Shown: piece after piece, positions 35,113 to 44,377 of the stretch
Position numbering within the stretch: the first letter of the stretch is position 1
How the letters are laid out: each line of letters starts with the position of its first letter
Assembly: GCA_045837725.1 (NCBI GenBank)
Contig: JBEWZL010000056.1
Coordinates: forward strand, 496,001-540,377
Length of the DNA: 44,377 bases
Direction of reading: 5' to 3'
Source of the DNA: Vermamoeba vermiformis
Lineage: Eukaryota
The notes under the pieces: model-generated
Databases searched by the model: none
Seen by the model: the letters and a program-made list of their open reading frames with translations, nothing else
What the model was told of the DNA's origin: nothing
Translations under genes and position numbers: made by a program

Positions 35113-36815
35113 TTAATACGAGTCGTCCAAATTATCGTTTAAGAACGGATGTTGAAGGCATTCTTCCGCACTCATGCGTTGATCTGGATCTAGTTTTAAC
35201 ATCTGTCGCAAAAGATCCACTTGAATATTTCATATTAGCTATAACCGTAAGATATATAATACATCTCTATATACGCACCTCCTTCTTCTGTTGCTAATCC
35301 GCCCAACTCTCCTGTCTGGACTTTCTTAATTAACAATTCGCGCGTTTCCATGGATTTGATCCGGATGCCGTACATCTATCAAAAAGTCATTAGGCTGTAA
35401 TATTAATATATCACTATACCTTTTCAGCGCAGACAAGACCTGCTGAGAAAATGTCTAGTTTGTTCGTTTGAGGCTCGTCGAAAATTCTTTCGGGGGAAAA
35501 ATACACGGTCGTGCCACCATGAATATAACGGCAAGTTTGCTCGGGCCAAACTTCCGATGTAAACTATATATAGACATCAAAGCGTAAGTCAAACTATAAC
35601 ATAATAAATGTGCATTATTGACTTACGCCAAAATCGATCAGTTTGATCTCGTTCGTTTTTGGATCTACCATTACATTGTCATGCTTAACATCGCCGTGAA
35701 TATAATGTTGAAGGTGCATGTTTTCCAAAGCCTAAATATAGCACGTTAATATAATTATTACAATGTCTTTTCATACCTCTAAAAATCCTCGCATAAAGTG
35801 CTTCAACTCGTTCAGATCTGTGTAATCGGGAAGGGGCGATAATAACTCGAGCCATATTTGCACCTTGCCATTCAATCTGGTGTGCACATCGCGTACCTTC
35901 TTAACGATGCCATCCGCTTCAAGAGTAAAATTAAATCGAGAGTCAAATCAATTTCGAGACGAAGAATTTGAGCCAAAAAAAATTATCGTTATGCGTACCT
36001 GGAAGAATTCTTCTTAACATTCCCGCTTCGTGTAATCCCTTTGACACAGAATCGAATTCTTTGATTGCGATCTCCGTGCCTGCAATCTCATCAAAGCAGC
36101 GATAAACGCGCGTGTAGCGGCCCTAATATAAAGAATAAGCCAATAACGTTATTATAATGTTAGTACTGAGCAATACCGAGTAGATGAGGCCTTCCTTTTG
36201 TTGCAGTTGATTCTTGATTTTCTCGATACGTTTGGCCTCGTCGATCTGCTCTGCTGGCGGTGACTTCAGCGTCTGTCCAGGGTCGATTTTAAATCTCTTG
36301 CGGTCTGGACCTTCATCGTTGTCGTCATCGTGACGGTGGTAGGTCAAAACTTCGGTAGATATCACTAAATAAATAATAGGTAAAGGTCTATATCCTTTGC
36401 ATACTAACTTACATTTTTGGTTTCGCTTCGCGCCTTTTTGCGCATCCGATATTTTTGCTGTGGTACTTGGCGTCTTCGAATATGTTCTAATAGGAGCAGG
36501 CGGATATTTTTTGTTCTTAGCCTCGTTGCTAGCTTTTGGTTTCTTGGAGTCCGAATTTGAATCTGAATCCGATTTCGAATCCACTGCCGGAGGGAAGACA
36601 AGATTGTTTCCGTGTCTTTTATACGATTGAATATGCGCCAAATTATTATTTGCTAGGCAATTACGCAGGAGCTTCTGCAACTCTGCCTTCAGTTTGGGTT
36701 GTTGAAGATCAGGCTTTTGGATGCGGTAATACTCTAAAAATTGCCTTAATATTGGTACGGTCGTCTTATTATCTTCAACCAGCTCGTCTATGGTGCGTTG
36801 TGGTGCCTTTGACAT
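35113..36815 (-). CDS. Ser/Thr protein kinase with N-terminal SAP/HeH-like helical region and low-complexity linker
   Basis: Exons encode SGRYTRVYRC, IAIKEF, IIHGDVKHDNVM, IKLIDFG, GTTVYFSPE, DIFSAG and DLLRQMLKLDPDQRMSAEECLQHPFL. ATG at 36815, stop at 35113-35115. Confidence 0.85.
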
Positions 36816-36990
36816 TTTCAAATACGATTAAGATTTTGCAGCTTGCGCGGGAATAGAAATTCAGCAATAATTTATCGAGCTCTATAACCGAATCCTAACT
36901 CTTTCAATTCGTCTTCGGTCGCTTTTCTAAGTGATTTAATTAAGGGAATTAGTAATAAGAAACCTCATCAAGCGTTGTAACTTACGTGCC

Positions 36991-38100
36991 TTACGCGATC
37001 TGCATCTGGCCAACAACGGACCAATTAGAGTAGGCTTGAGCCAATTAAAGTCTTGAATGTCTTGCTTTTCATTATCCTTATCGTTGATCCAGAATTCTAT
37101 AAACAATTGGTTAGATCCATCTACAACTCGCCAAGTTGTTTTCCAGTACGTACTTGAAAGTCACTTGATCTGCCTTCATATTCGAAAGAATATGGTGCAA
37201 ATCGAATGGCACTACAACGTTCAATAATAGGTCTGCTTGCACAGTCAAATAGAAATCGCATTCATGCGTCGTGTGGATTCGAATCTGAAAAAAAAGATCG
37301 AGGTCAAAACTTCAGGTACTTCAAGTTAGTCCTATAATAATCAAATACGTACTTTTCTTGAAGCTACGTGGAATACACAATGCTCGCATTTATCAATAAA
37401 GATGGATCCAGCGACCAGCCCAAAATAAAAACTAGCAATTTGTCGCGCTATTCTAACTGCATATGATCGCAAATATACAGTGCTATTCATAATATTCATA
37501 AAGGTGAAATCGCTGCAATATCAAGAATTAGTCAGCAATGTAAGAAATTTCCAAACCGTTACGTACTCGTTTATGATCTGATCTGAAATATCTTTAACAG
37601 TCTTTCCAATAATATCTACGCCATTGCTAGTCTTCCTCGCGTTGTTTCAAGTTCGCTTGAGATTGACGCCAGATCCAGCATTGCCAAAGTCGATCTGAAA
37701 GTCCGTAAGCACCTTAATTAAAATTACGTTTATAAAATGATAATTATTTTCATCATATTTTCAAGCGTACAGTTCTCTACGGGACTCCAACAACGACCGA
37801 TTTTAAAATCAATAATAATAATTTAGGCGCGAAAAAATTATTGCTTTCGACTATAACCGTTTTTCATATGGTCCTTATAGCTCGTGTACGCAGAATAAAA
37901 TTAATTAAATATTATTGGCGACATTACTAACTTACAATTACAATTGGCTTTTCGATCTTCACCTTGCGCCTGCTCTGCCGTTATACCATACGACGTGAAA
38001 CAAATACAAGAAGTGAATAATGTACGTAACAATTTGTTTTGTGGTGCAGCAATTCAGCTCGATCTCGCAAGTCATTTCCAGCTCGAGCTGAAATTGTTGA
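36991..38100 (-). pseudogene. TBCC: Tubulin-binding cofactor C (TBCC)-like pseudogene
   Basis: Minus-strand exons give VAGSIFIDKCEHCVFHVASRK|IRIHTTHECDFYL, then SRPIIERCSAIRFAPYSFEY, then QDFNWLK and NWS. These motifs are in different frames (1-nt shift near 37243, more shifts at about 37030-37095). The 5' limit is approximate. Confidence 0.75.
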
Positions 38101-38559
38101 CACGAACACAACATGGCCACAACATGCCAAGAGAAAACGAAGCCTAAGCAAGTAGAGCTTCGCAAACTTAAGAAGGTACGTGTAATTTAGCGGTATAAGG
38201 CAAGCGTAACATTTTTGGATTTAACTGTTACGGATCTCATTTAAAAATCAACCCTAATTTAATTAATTGTTATTATATAATTACAGGCACCGTAAAAACT
38301 AAGGATACCGATAAAAGGGCCAGGAAATTATTCTGACATTATGAATTTTTGGTGCGTGACCGAAATTTCTTTCCAATGCTTCGGCCAAATACATCCACAA
38401 GCAAATAGAATGCGTTCCACAACGATAGAAAATATTTCTGCCATTCGATAAGAGATTTGAAAATGGATGCACCACGCCATAAAGGTAACAGTCATGCTAG
38501 CCTTATTGTTTATCTGATTCGTTAATTTGATGCATAAGAGTGTTAAAGACACTTCGTTG

Positions 38560-38695
38560 ATCAATACACGGACATGAACTAGAGTTCATTCGCAACATGA
38601 ACTCGCGTAAGATGCATCGAAGCCAATTTCAGAGTGCCTTCAAATCTTGCGTACTTATAAATCATAAGACATCGTAAGTTCAACTCGTTTGCTGT
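38560..38695 (+). pseudogene. Decayed fragment of an RNF213-like paralog
   Basis: TCAATACACGGACATGA..TTCATTCGCAACATGAACTCGC..GATGCAT.GAAGCC.AT.TCAGAGTGC.TTCAAATCTTGCGTACTTA matches about 30262-30495 with internal deletions. Confidence 0.85.
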
Positions 38696-38727
38696 TCGAC
38701 AATTGATGCACTCACACAATGTTTTAT

Positions 38728-41700
38728 TTAAGTAAAAACTTGGTTTGCAAAGCAGCCAAAGAAATTAGATGCTTCAGCAGATGAAATAATGATGCAGCTA
38801 TTAAAACATGCTTCTCTGGCATTTGAATTGAGCTTATTGTAAGTTTCCATCAATTTCTTTTTTATCGGGAATTCCTCATCTGCAATGGTAATTTGAGCCT
38901 GTCATTCACCGATTAGTCTTCATTAACAATGTTCAAGCATCTCTTACCTCATGATCTACTTCAATAGGCCTGTTTGTTATAAGTACAAAAGCAGTTGTGA
39001 ACTGCTCTATTCTATCAGCCATCAGTTGATTCCATATAAAGTTAAATTCCAACCTTGCAAAAGCGATCCAGCGTGAGCGGAGTACATTTGCCTCCTTTTT
39101 CTTGGAGTGCTTGCATTGAACACAAACAAATGTATATCTTTCATCTTCACTATTCTTCAGAACAGTCCACAATCCAATTACTGTTTCTCTGAGAGCATTT
39201 TGAAAAACTGTACCTGGAGTGAAGTACTCAGGAAGCTGAAGTGTTGTTGCAGCACTTAATAAGAATTCTTTGTATGCTACTTTTGTTTTGAACTGGCTTG
39301 GCACTTCTACCACCCGCCCCAGAGCTGCTTGAGGACCCTTCTCTGTTGGAAAGATTTCTTTCAAAGTGAATGTAGGCTTTTGAAGCAAAAAGAGAGCCAT
39401 TAGGCGTAATGAAATGATTGTTGCTGTGTTTTCTTCAAATGGCCTCCAATCATTAGGGTTGATTGATTCAAACTTAGCTCTAAGTGTTGAAGACAAACCA
39501 AGCTTTGTCAGCTTGTCAGCCAACTTCTTGCAATATTGACTGAGCCACAAGGAAGGGAGTTGAACGATCCACTTGCTGATTAGATCCTTAGATGACATTA
39601 ACCTAAGTTACAAACTTACTTGTTTGGTGCTTCTTTAAGCACAATATTTCCTTGCGCAACAAGGTCATGGAAAGAAGTATCAACTTGAAGTTTGAGGTTG
39701 CTAGTCAATGCAAACGGTTGTTGCAGCAGTCCAAGTCCTAGAAGCTCTTCATAAACAGCTTCAGGCACTTGTTTGAAGGCTTGGTTGTATTTGATCAACA
39801 AACTTCGTGTTGTTCTTGAAAATTTAAGGATTATTGCAATCAGAAATTTAGGCACTTACGCTTGGTAGGCTAGTTCCAACTCAGTAGTACTTAGTTTCTC
39901 TACTTCATTCTGACGCTCACTCACTCGCTGAAGAAATACTTCTAGAGCACGAGGAACTCCTCCCAAATTGTGTAAAGCAAGCAGAAATGATTTGTTTTTT
40001 TTCCAGTCAGTTCCATTCTTAAGTGTACTATTGTTGACCATCAAATCAATCATTTTATAGGTTGCTAAAGACAAGTTAGCGCGGAATGGAGTTGCATGTA
40101 GACTTACACTCTTCAGACAAGATTTTAATGGGCAGCTCAACTAAGGGATTTGAAGTTTCAGTGCCAACTTGCTTCATTGTGAAATAAGTTGTTCCTGTGA
40201 AGAGAGGCCAGAAGAAATGCTTAGATGGTACTAGCATGTGGTCAGTCAGTCTGTGCACAACTTGCTTGAGTAGTGGCATAGGCAAAGCATTAAATTCATC
40301 CAAGTGTACATAGATCATCTTAGGCTGGAATTCAGCCAGCACAATGTCAATCACTTGTGACCAGGTCATGTGCTTAATAAATGGGAAGCTTTGTTTGAAT
40401 TCTGCAATGGGTGTTGAGAACTTGAAAAAAAATCGAATGGCTCTTCCAACAAGGGCACTATCAACAGAGGTATCTTCTTCAGGGTCAAAGCAGCTGCCAT
40501 TGCCAAATGTGATGTGTATCATCTTGCAAGAGTCCAAGTGATCGAGCAGTTCTTTGTCAAGAGCTGTTGGTTTTGCTAGTAATCTGCCATGTTTTTGCAG
40601 CAATTCAATGATATTGACACCAAGTCTAGTCTTGCCAACACCAGGAGGGCCATAAGCAAAGCACCGTGGATGATCCATTCGCTCCATTAAGTTTTGTTTC
40701 CAACCACGGAAGTGGTCCTTAAGATTTTGCCACAACAGTTCTACTTCTGATTCACGTTGGACAATTGGCATATTCTGTCCAAACCCAGCAACTAAATTTG
40801 GCATGATTCTGTTTGGCAGGTCTCTTCTCAGCTCTTGAAGGGCAATATCTGAGTAATGTAAGTCAGTCACAATTGCAGAATAGTTTGTTTTGCAGATAGT
40901 GTACCTTGAGCAAGCTTTTGATTGGTAAATTCTAGAATGCGATTTAAAAGTGAAGGTGGTATCTTTGTGTACACTTTGGCAAGCTCTGCGAGTGTTGCAC
41001 CAGTTCTGAACCAAGTGACCAATGTGTTGCCATAAATTCTGTTTTGCAGCATTATTTCGGCGTCTGAAGCATCAAAATTATGTTCCACTACAAGTGCTAC
41101 TTCTTGTACTGTCCATTTATCAACTACAAAGCTTATTAGAAAAGTCCAGTACTGAAAGTAGTAATTAGATTTCGTACTTAGTTTGTAGTGCAAGACTGCT
41201 GGAATCTCGTTAACAGCGTGCACCTTCTCTTTTGTAGCAAATTGATGGCTTGCATCACTTCTGTTCAAGTTCGAGTTGACGTTCGTGTTCACATTCGTTT
41301 TCACGTTCATATTTGCGTTCATATTCGTACTTGTGTTTGTATACGCAGTCATATTTTTTGCTGCAATAACGTTTGAATTCGCTCCGGTCGATAAAGACTG
41401 AGGACTAAAGTAAGACAAGATGAGCTGGCACGATCTTCCCGACAGACCCGTCAGAGCAGGGAGAGTGGTCGTGAGGTCATCAGAACTAGATGCCAATGCG
41501 TGTATAACCTTGCTGACGTCTGTTTTTGATAGGCCAATTTGCGTCAGAATTTCGCGCCTCTTCTGCAAATCGGATCTCGTAAATTGTTCTAATTGGTGAG
41601 GTATGTTAGCTCAGGATAATGCTAAATAACGTCAAAAATATGCACAAGAAAATGCTGTCTCAAGAGCAAGAAACTTGCTTGTGCAAGAAAAATAATTTAA

Positions 41701-41905
41701 TTTCAAATCATAAATACGAGTAAAAAAAATATTACCCATGGAAATAGGCTCGCCTCTTTTCAAATAATATCTTGCTTCTTCTTTGCTCTGTTTTTGTCGT
41801 TTTTTTGGACGCTCCTCGTCCGACTTGGATGAACCTTTGTGTCATTTAAGCAAGGGGACTAGAATTGAGGCTCTTACCACGGAGAGGTCGTTTCTTTGGT
41901 GGCAT
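38728..41905 (-). CDS. Crinkler(CR)-like protein: basic N-terminus, SAM-like domain, P-loop NTPase, REase-like C-terminus
   Basis: Spliced from ATG 41905 (MPPKKRPLRG..RPKKRQK). It contains SAM-like DKWTVQEV..F..AEIMLQNRIYG, Walker A GPPGVGKT, HITFGNG, Walker B YVHLDEFN, LFTGT, LGGVPRALE, WRPFEE, VCVQCKHS, FVLITN and terminal IIISSAEASNFFGCFA. Stop at 38728-38730. Confidence 0.78.
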
Positions 41906-42589
41906 TTTGGGCTTGGTTGTTGCTCTCGTTATGTTTCTTTGTTTTGAAATCGCTAAATCCGCGGACGGTGCCAAACCAGATCATTTTCTGTTCTCGATCT
42001 CAACGATAGACCATAACGGCAGTTAATACTAATAATATGGCGATACACAAGCTTGAGGAAATCCATTACCACCTCAATTACGTAAGTATTGGAGATTGGC
42101 AGGACGTAACAACTCGATCTTTTGATCCATTGAAATTTTTTCGTTGGATCATTTAAATATCCTCAAAAAATACTATAATGTATATTCTAAATATTGAACG
42201 TCTTAAATAATGATAGACACCGGCGTGCAACTACTCCACAATTGTTTATTTTGATTTTTAATTGAATACCAATTATTTGCTTAGTTAAAACTAATTTTAA
42301 TGTCGCTTATTATTTAGTGGTCGAGAATTTCCGTTCGTGTTGCAAGCACGATCGGGCCCGAAGCAATGGCTGGCGCAAAAACGTTAACAGAGGTCGGTCA
42401 AGCGAGTAAAGGTACTTTAATAGTTATGATTAATAAGAGCAAGCAATATTAAACGTTACAATGATTTTTCAAGGCAGATCGTCAAAAACTATTTTCGAAC
42501 TTAAGTTCCCTTCGAATTCCCTTCGAATTAATTAATGTAGAATTAATATTACAATTATTATAATAATTAATACTATTAGCTGAAGACAA

Positions 42590-43215
42590 CGATGGGCTTG
42601 CAAATTGAGCGCGAAAAAGCAGTCAAAGCGATCGGGCAAGTTCGCAGCTCATTGTCGCTCAAATCAGTCTGCGACTTATTTCAACGATGTGCCACACGTT
42701 GATGCAACTCTTTCAACATGATTCCGATGATAGCTTCAACCCGAGCTGAGTTCCAAGTCCTATGAACTAAATGCCTCGTACATTGTGTTCGAATACTCGA
42801 CCTCACTTCCCGTGCGCCTGGTGCACGGCGTACAAGTACTAAGTGAACCAGGTGCAGGAGAGTCAACCAGTCCAAGCGACCAATAACAGCATTGTTGAAG
42901 CACCTTCTCAAGATCTGCACGATGAACTACTGGCGGTTGAATGCTCTTTTGACCCAAGTTGAGGAAGGCACAACAACCTGAAGATCACGCAACCAATTAT
43001 TGTGGAAGTAAATCACGTGCCTGCAGTATCAACGACTGGATCTGTTGTACCTACCTCGAGTCACGTGCCCGTAGAAACATCAATGACCAGCTCAGTTGTG
43101 GACCTGAAGAAAGTTCCCGTAGCGAGGTGGTACTGAAGGTCAATCCGAAGTCTATTCGAGAGCTGTTAACTTACTACAGCGGCTGTTGGTGGCGTTTTGC
43201 TCGTGATCTGGATCA
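42590..43215 (+). pseudogene. Decayed 3' end (USP, linker, KHA) of an RNF213-like paralog
   Basis: Collinear matches to copy B: GATTCCGATGATAGC (~32177), CTCGTACATTGTGTTC (~32943), CAAGATCTGCA..GAACTACT (~33075) and GAGGTGGTACTGAAG..TCAATCC..GAGCTGTTAACT (~33353-33402), with deletions and frameshifts. Confidence 0.8.
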
Positions 43216-43351
43216 ACAAAATCCTTGGGACCTTAGTTGAAATCTCCGATCCGGGACGCTGTCCCATTCGTAAAGTAATAAAGGTTTTGATATGAATTAT
43301 TAGCATAGATGTATCGTGCCGTAAGTACAGTACTTAAGTCTTTTGAATAAA

Positions 43352-43741
43352 ATGTATCAAGTGAGCACGGCGGAAGATAGTGACAGCGACAGTTATTATT
43401 CAGACAGCGACATTGGACCCGAAGGAGTGAACTATAGCAAGTACGAACAGCCACAAAATTACCAATATAACCAAGTCAATAATAATAATGTGCCAAACAT
43501 GCCGTTTTTCCATGAGGTCGGTAGCATCCCACTGCCAGACTCAAAAAACGAAAAGAAACCGCAGAAAAAATTACGATTTTTTACACCAGGAATAATTACG
43601 AATTTCCCCGTTAGTCAAGATTCAGGTTTGCACGGAGCTGGATTGCCCGTGATTGATCCAACGCATCCAAATTATCCAGCTTACTGGGCGTATTGCGAAA
43701 GAATCAAGAGACTGAACGAAACTTTATTTAAGCATAAATAA
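43352..43741 (+). CDS. Hypothetical protein (acidic Ser/Asp and Asn/Gln-rich)
   Basis: About 129-codon ORF followed by AATAAA. No recognised domain, and a small upstream exon is possible. Confidence 0.5.
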   Translation: MYQVSTAEDSDSDSYYSDSDIGPEGVNYSKYEQPQNYQYNQVNNNNVPNMPFFHEVGSIPLPDSKNEKKPQKKLRFFTPGIITNFPVSQDSGLHGAGLPVIDPTHPNYPAYWAYCERIKRLNETLFKHK

Positions 43742-43866
43742 TCATACTGTCCTGCAAATAAAATTAAAACGAGATTATTTATTTGTAACGTTAACTTCTC
43801 TTTACAAAAATATTAATTATTTGCGTGATGGATTGAGGTAGAAGCAATATTAAACGGTGTGGTGTA

Positions 43867-44232
43867 TTAGTGCCATGATTCAGCATGCACCAGAGAAACG
43901 AATTCATTGAATGAGATCTTGCCGTTGTGATCTGAGTCTGCGCGTTTGAACAAATCATCGGCAAACTCTTTGATGCTCTCTCCAAGGTCTTTTTTGGCCA
44001 TGTGGTCTTGAGGAAGCGTCTCCAAGATCGTTTTAAGATGCTGCGCGAAGAGATGGAATTCGGATTTGCTTAAATAACCGCTTTTGTCTGTGTCGTACGA
44101 TTTAAAGGCCTCATCGATCAGCTTAAATTGTGTTGGATGTTGCAATGCTTGCTTTAATACTGCAATATTACCCTAAAAGCAACTTTAGATCGTTGATAGA
44201 TCGTGTTTGCAATCACGTTAGGCGCGTACCAT
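43867..44232 (-). CDS. Small two-EF-hand calcium-binding protein, possibly N-myristoylated
   Basis: ATG 44232 followed by intron 44173-44229 gives MGNIAVLKQAL. EF loops DTDKSGYLSKSE and DSDHNGKISFNE. Confidence 0.88.
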
Positions 44233-44377
44233 GGCTACTGTGAAAACTGATTTGATTTGGTAGTGAGTTGGTTAGTTCTATGTGACAATAGGATTTAGCG
44301 CTCTTATTTTTATCCCTTTCGAAAGCCTCCATGCTGCATTATTTAGGGAGGCTTATTTTTATGCACCAAATATCTTA

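Noticed and set aside
38310-38500. Minus-strand frame containing ALERNFG, similar to the RNF213 motif ALERNFNG
   Set aside because: No surrounding similarity to 25200-25250, so probably coincidence.
41265-41345. Periodic GTTC/ATTC repeats
   Set aside because: They encode an Asn-alternating low-complexity linker (TNMNANMNVKTNVNTNVN) and are not an independent repeat array.
38695-42590. Terminal inverted repeats or target-site duplication around the CR-like gene
   Set aside because: None could be identified by eye, so it is not called a mobile element.
1-44377. CRISPR arrays, rRNA, tRNA, transposase or reverse transcriptase
   Set aside because: No repeat-spacer arrays, recognisable RNA-gene signatures or DDE/RT motifs were seen. 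A tRNAscan/Infernal run would be needed to exclude small RNAs.

Overview
Gene-dense DNA from a microbial eukaryote, with short GT-AG introns (mostly about 45-60 nt, GTAAGT/GTACGT donors, CTAAC/CTAAT branch points). Most breaks in the ORF track are introns. The window is dominated by a family of giant RNF213/mysterin-like AAA+ proteins. One near-complete gene of about 5,000 aa (17420-33543) ends in an intact USP deubiquitinase domain and a KHA-like ubiquitin-fold domain. A close paralog at the window start (1-4931) lacks the USP, and decayed pieces of a third copy (38560-38695, 42590-43215) flank a CpG-depleted Crinkler-like SAM-NTPase-nuclease gene. Other genes: a histone-H3-tail/vWA/RING fusion, an LRR protein and a MAPK-like pseudokinase sharing a C-terminal F-box-like motif, a degenerate Ras-like GTPase, a CBS protein, two membrane proteins, a degenerate PD-(D/E)xK-fold protein, a Ser/Thr kinase, a frameshifted TBCC pseudogene and an EF-hand protein. 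The locus resembles a ubiquitin-centred cell-autonomous defence cluster (inference). Exon models were derived by eye and no database searches were run.
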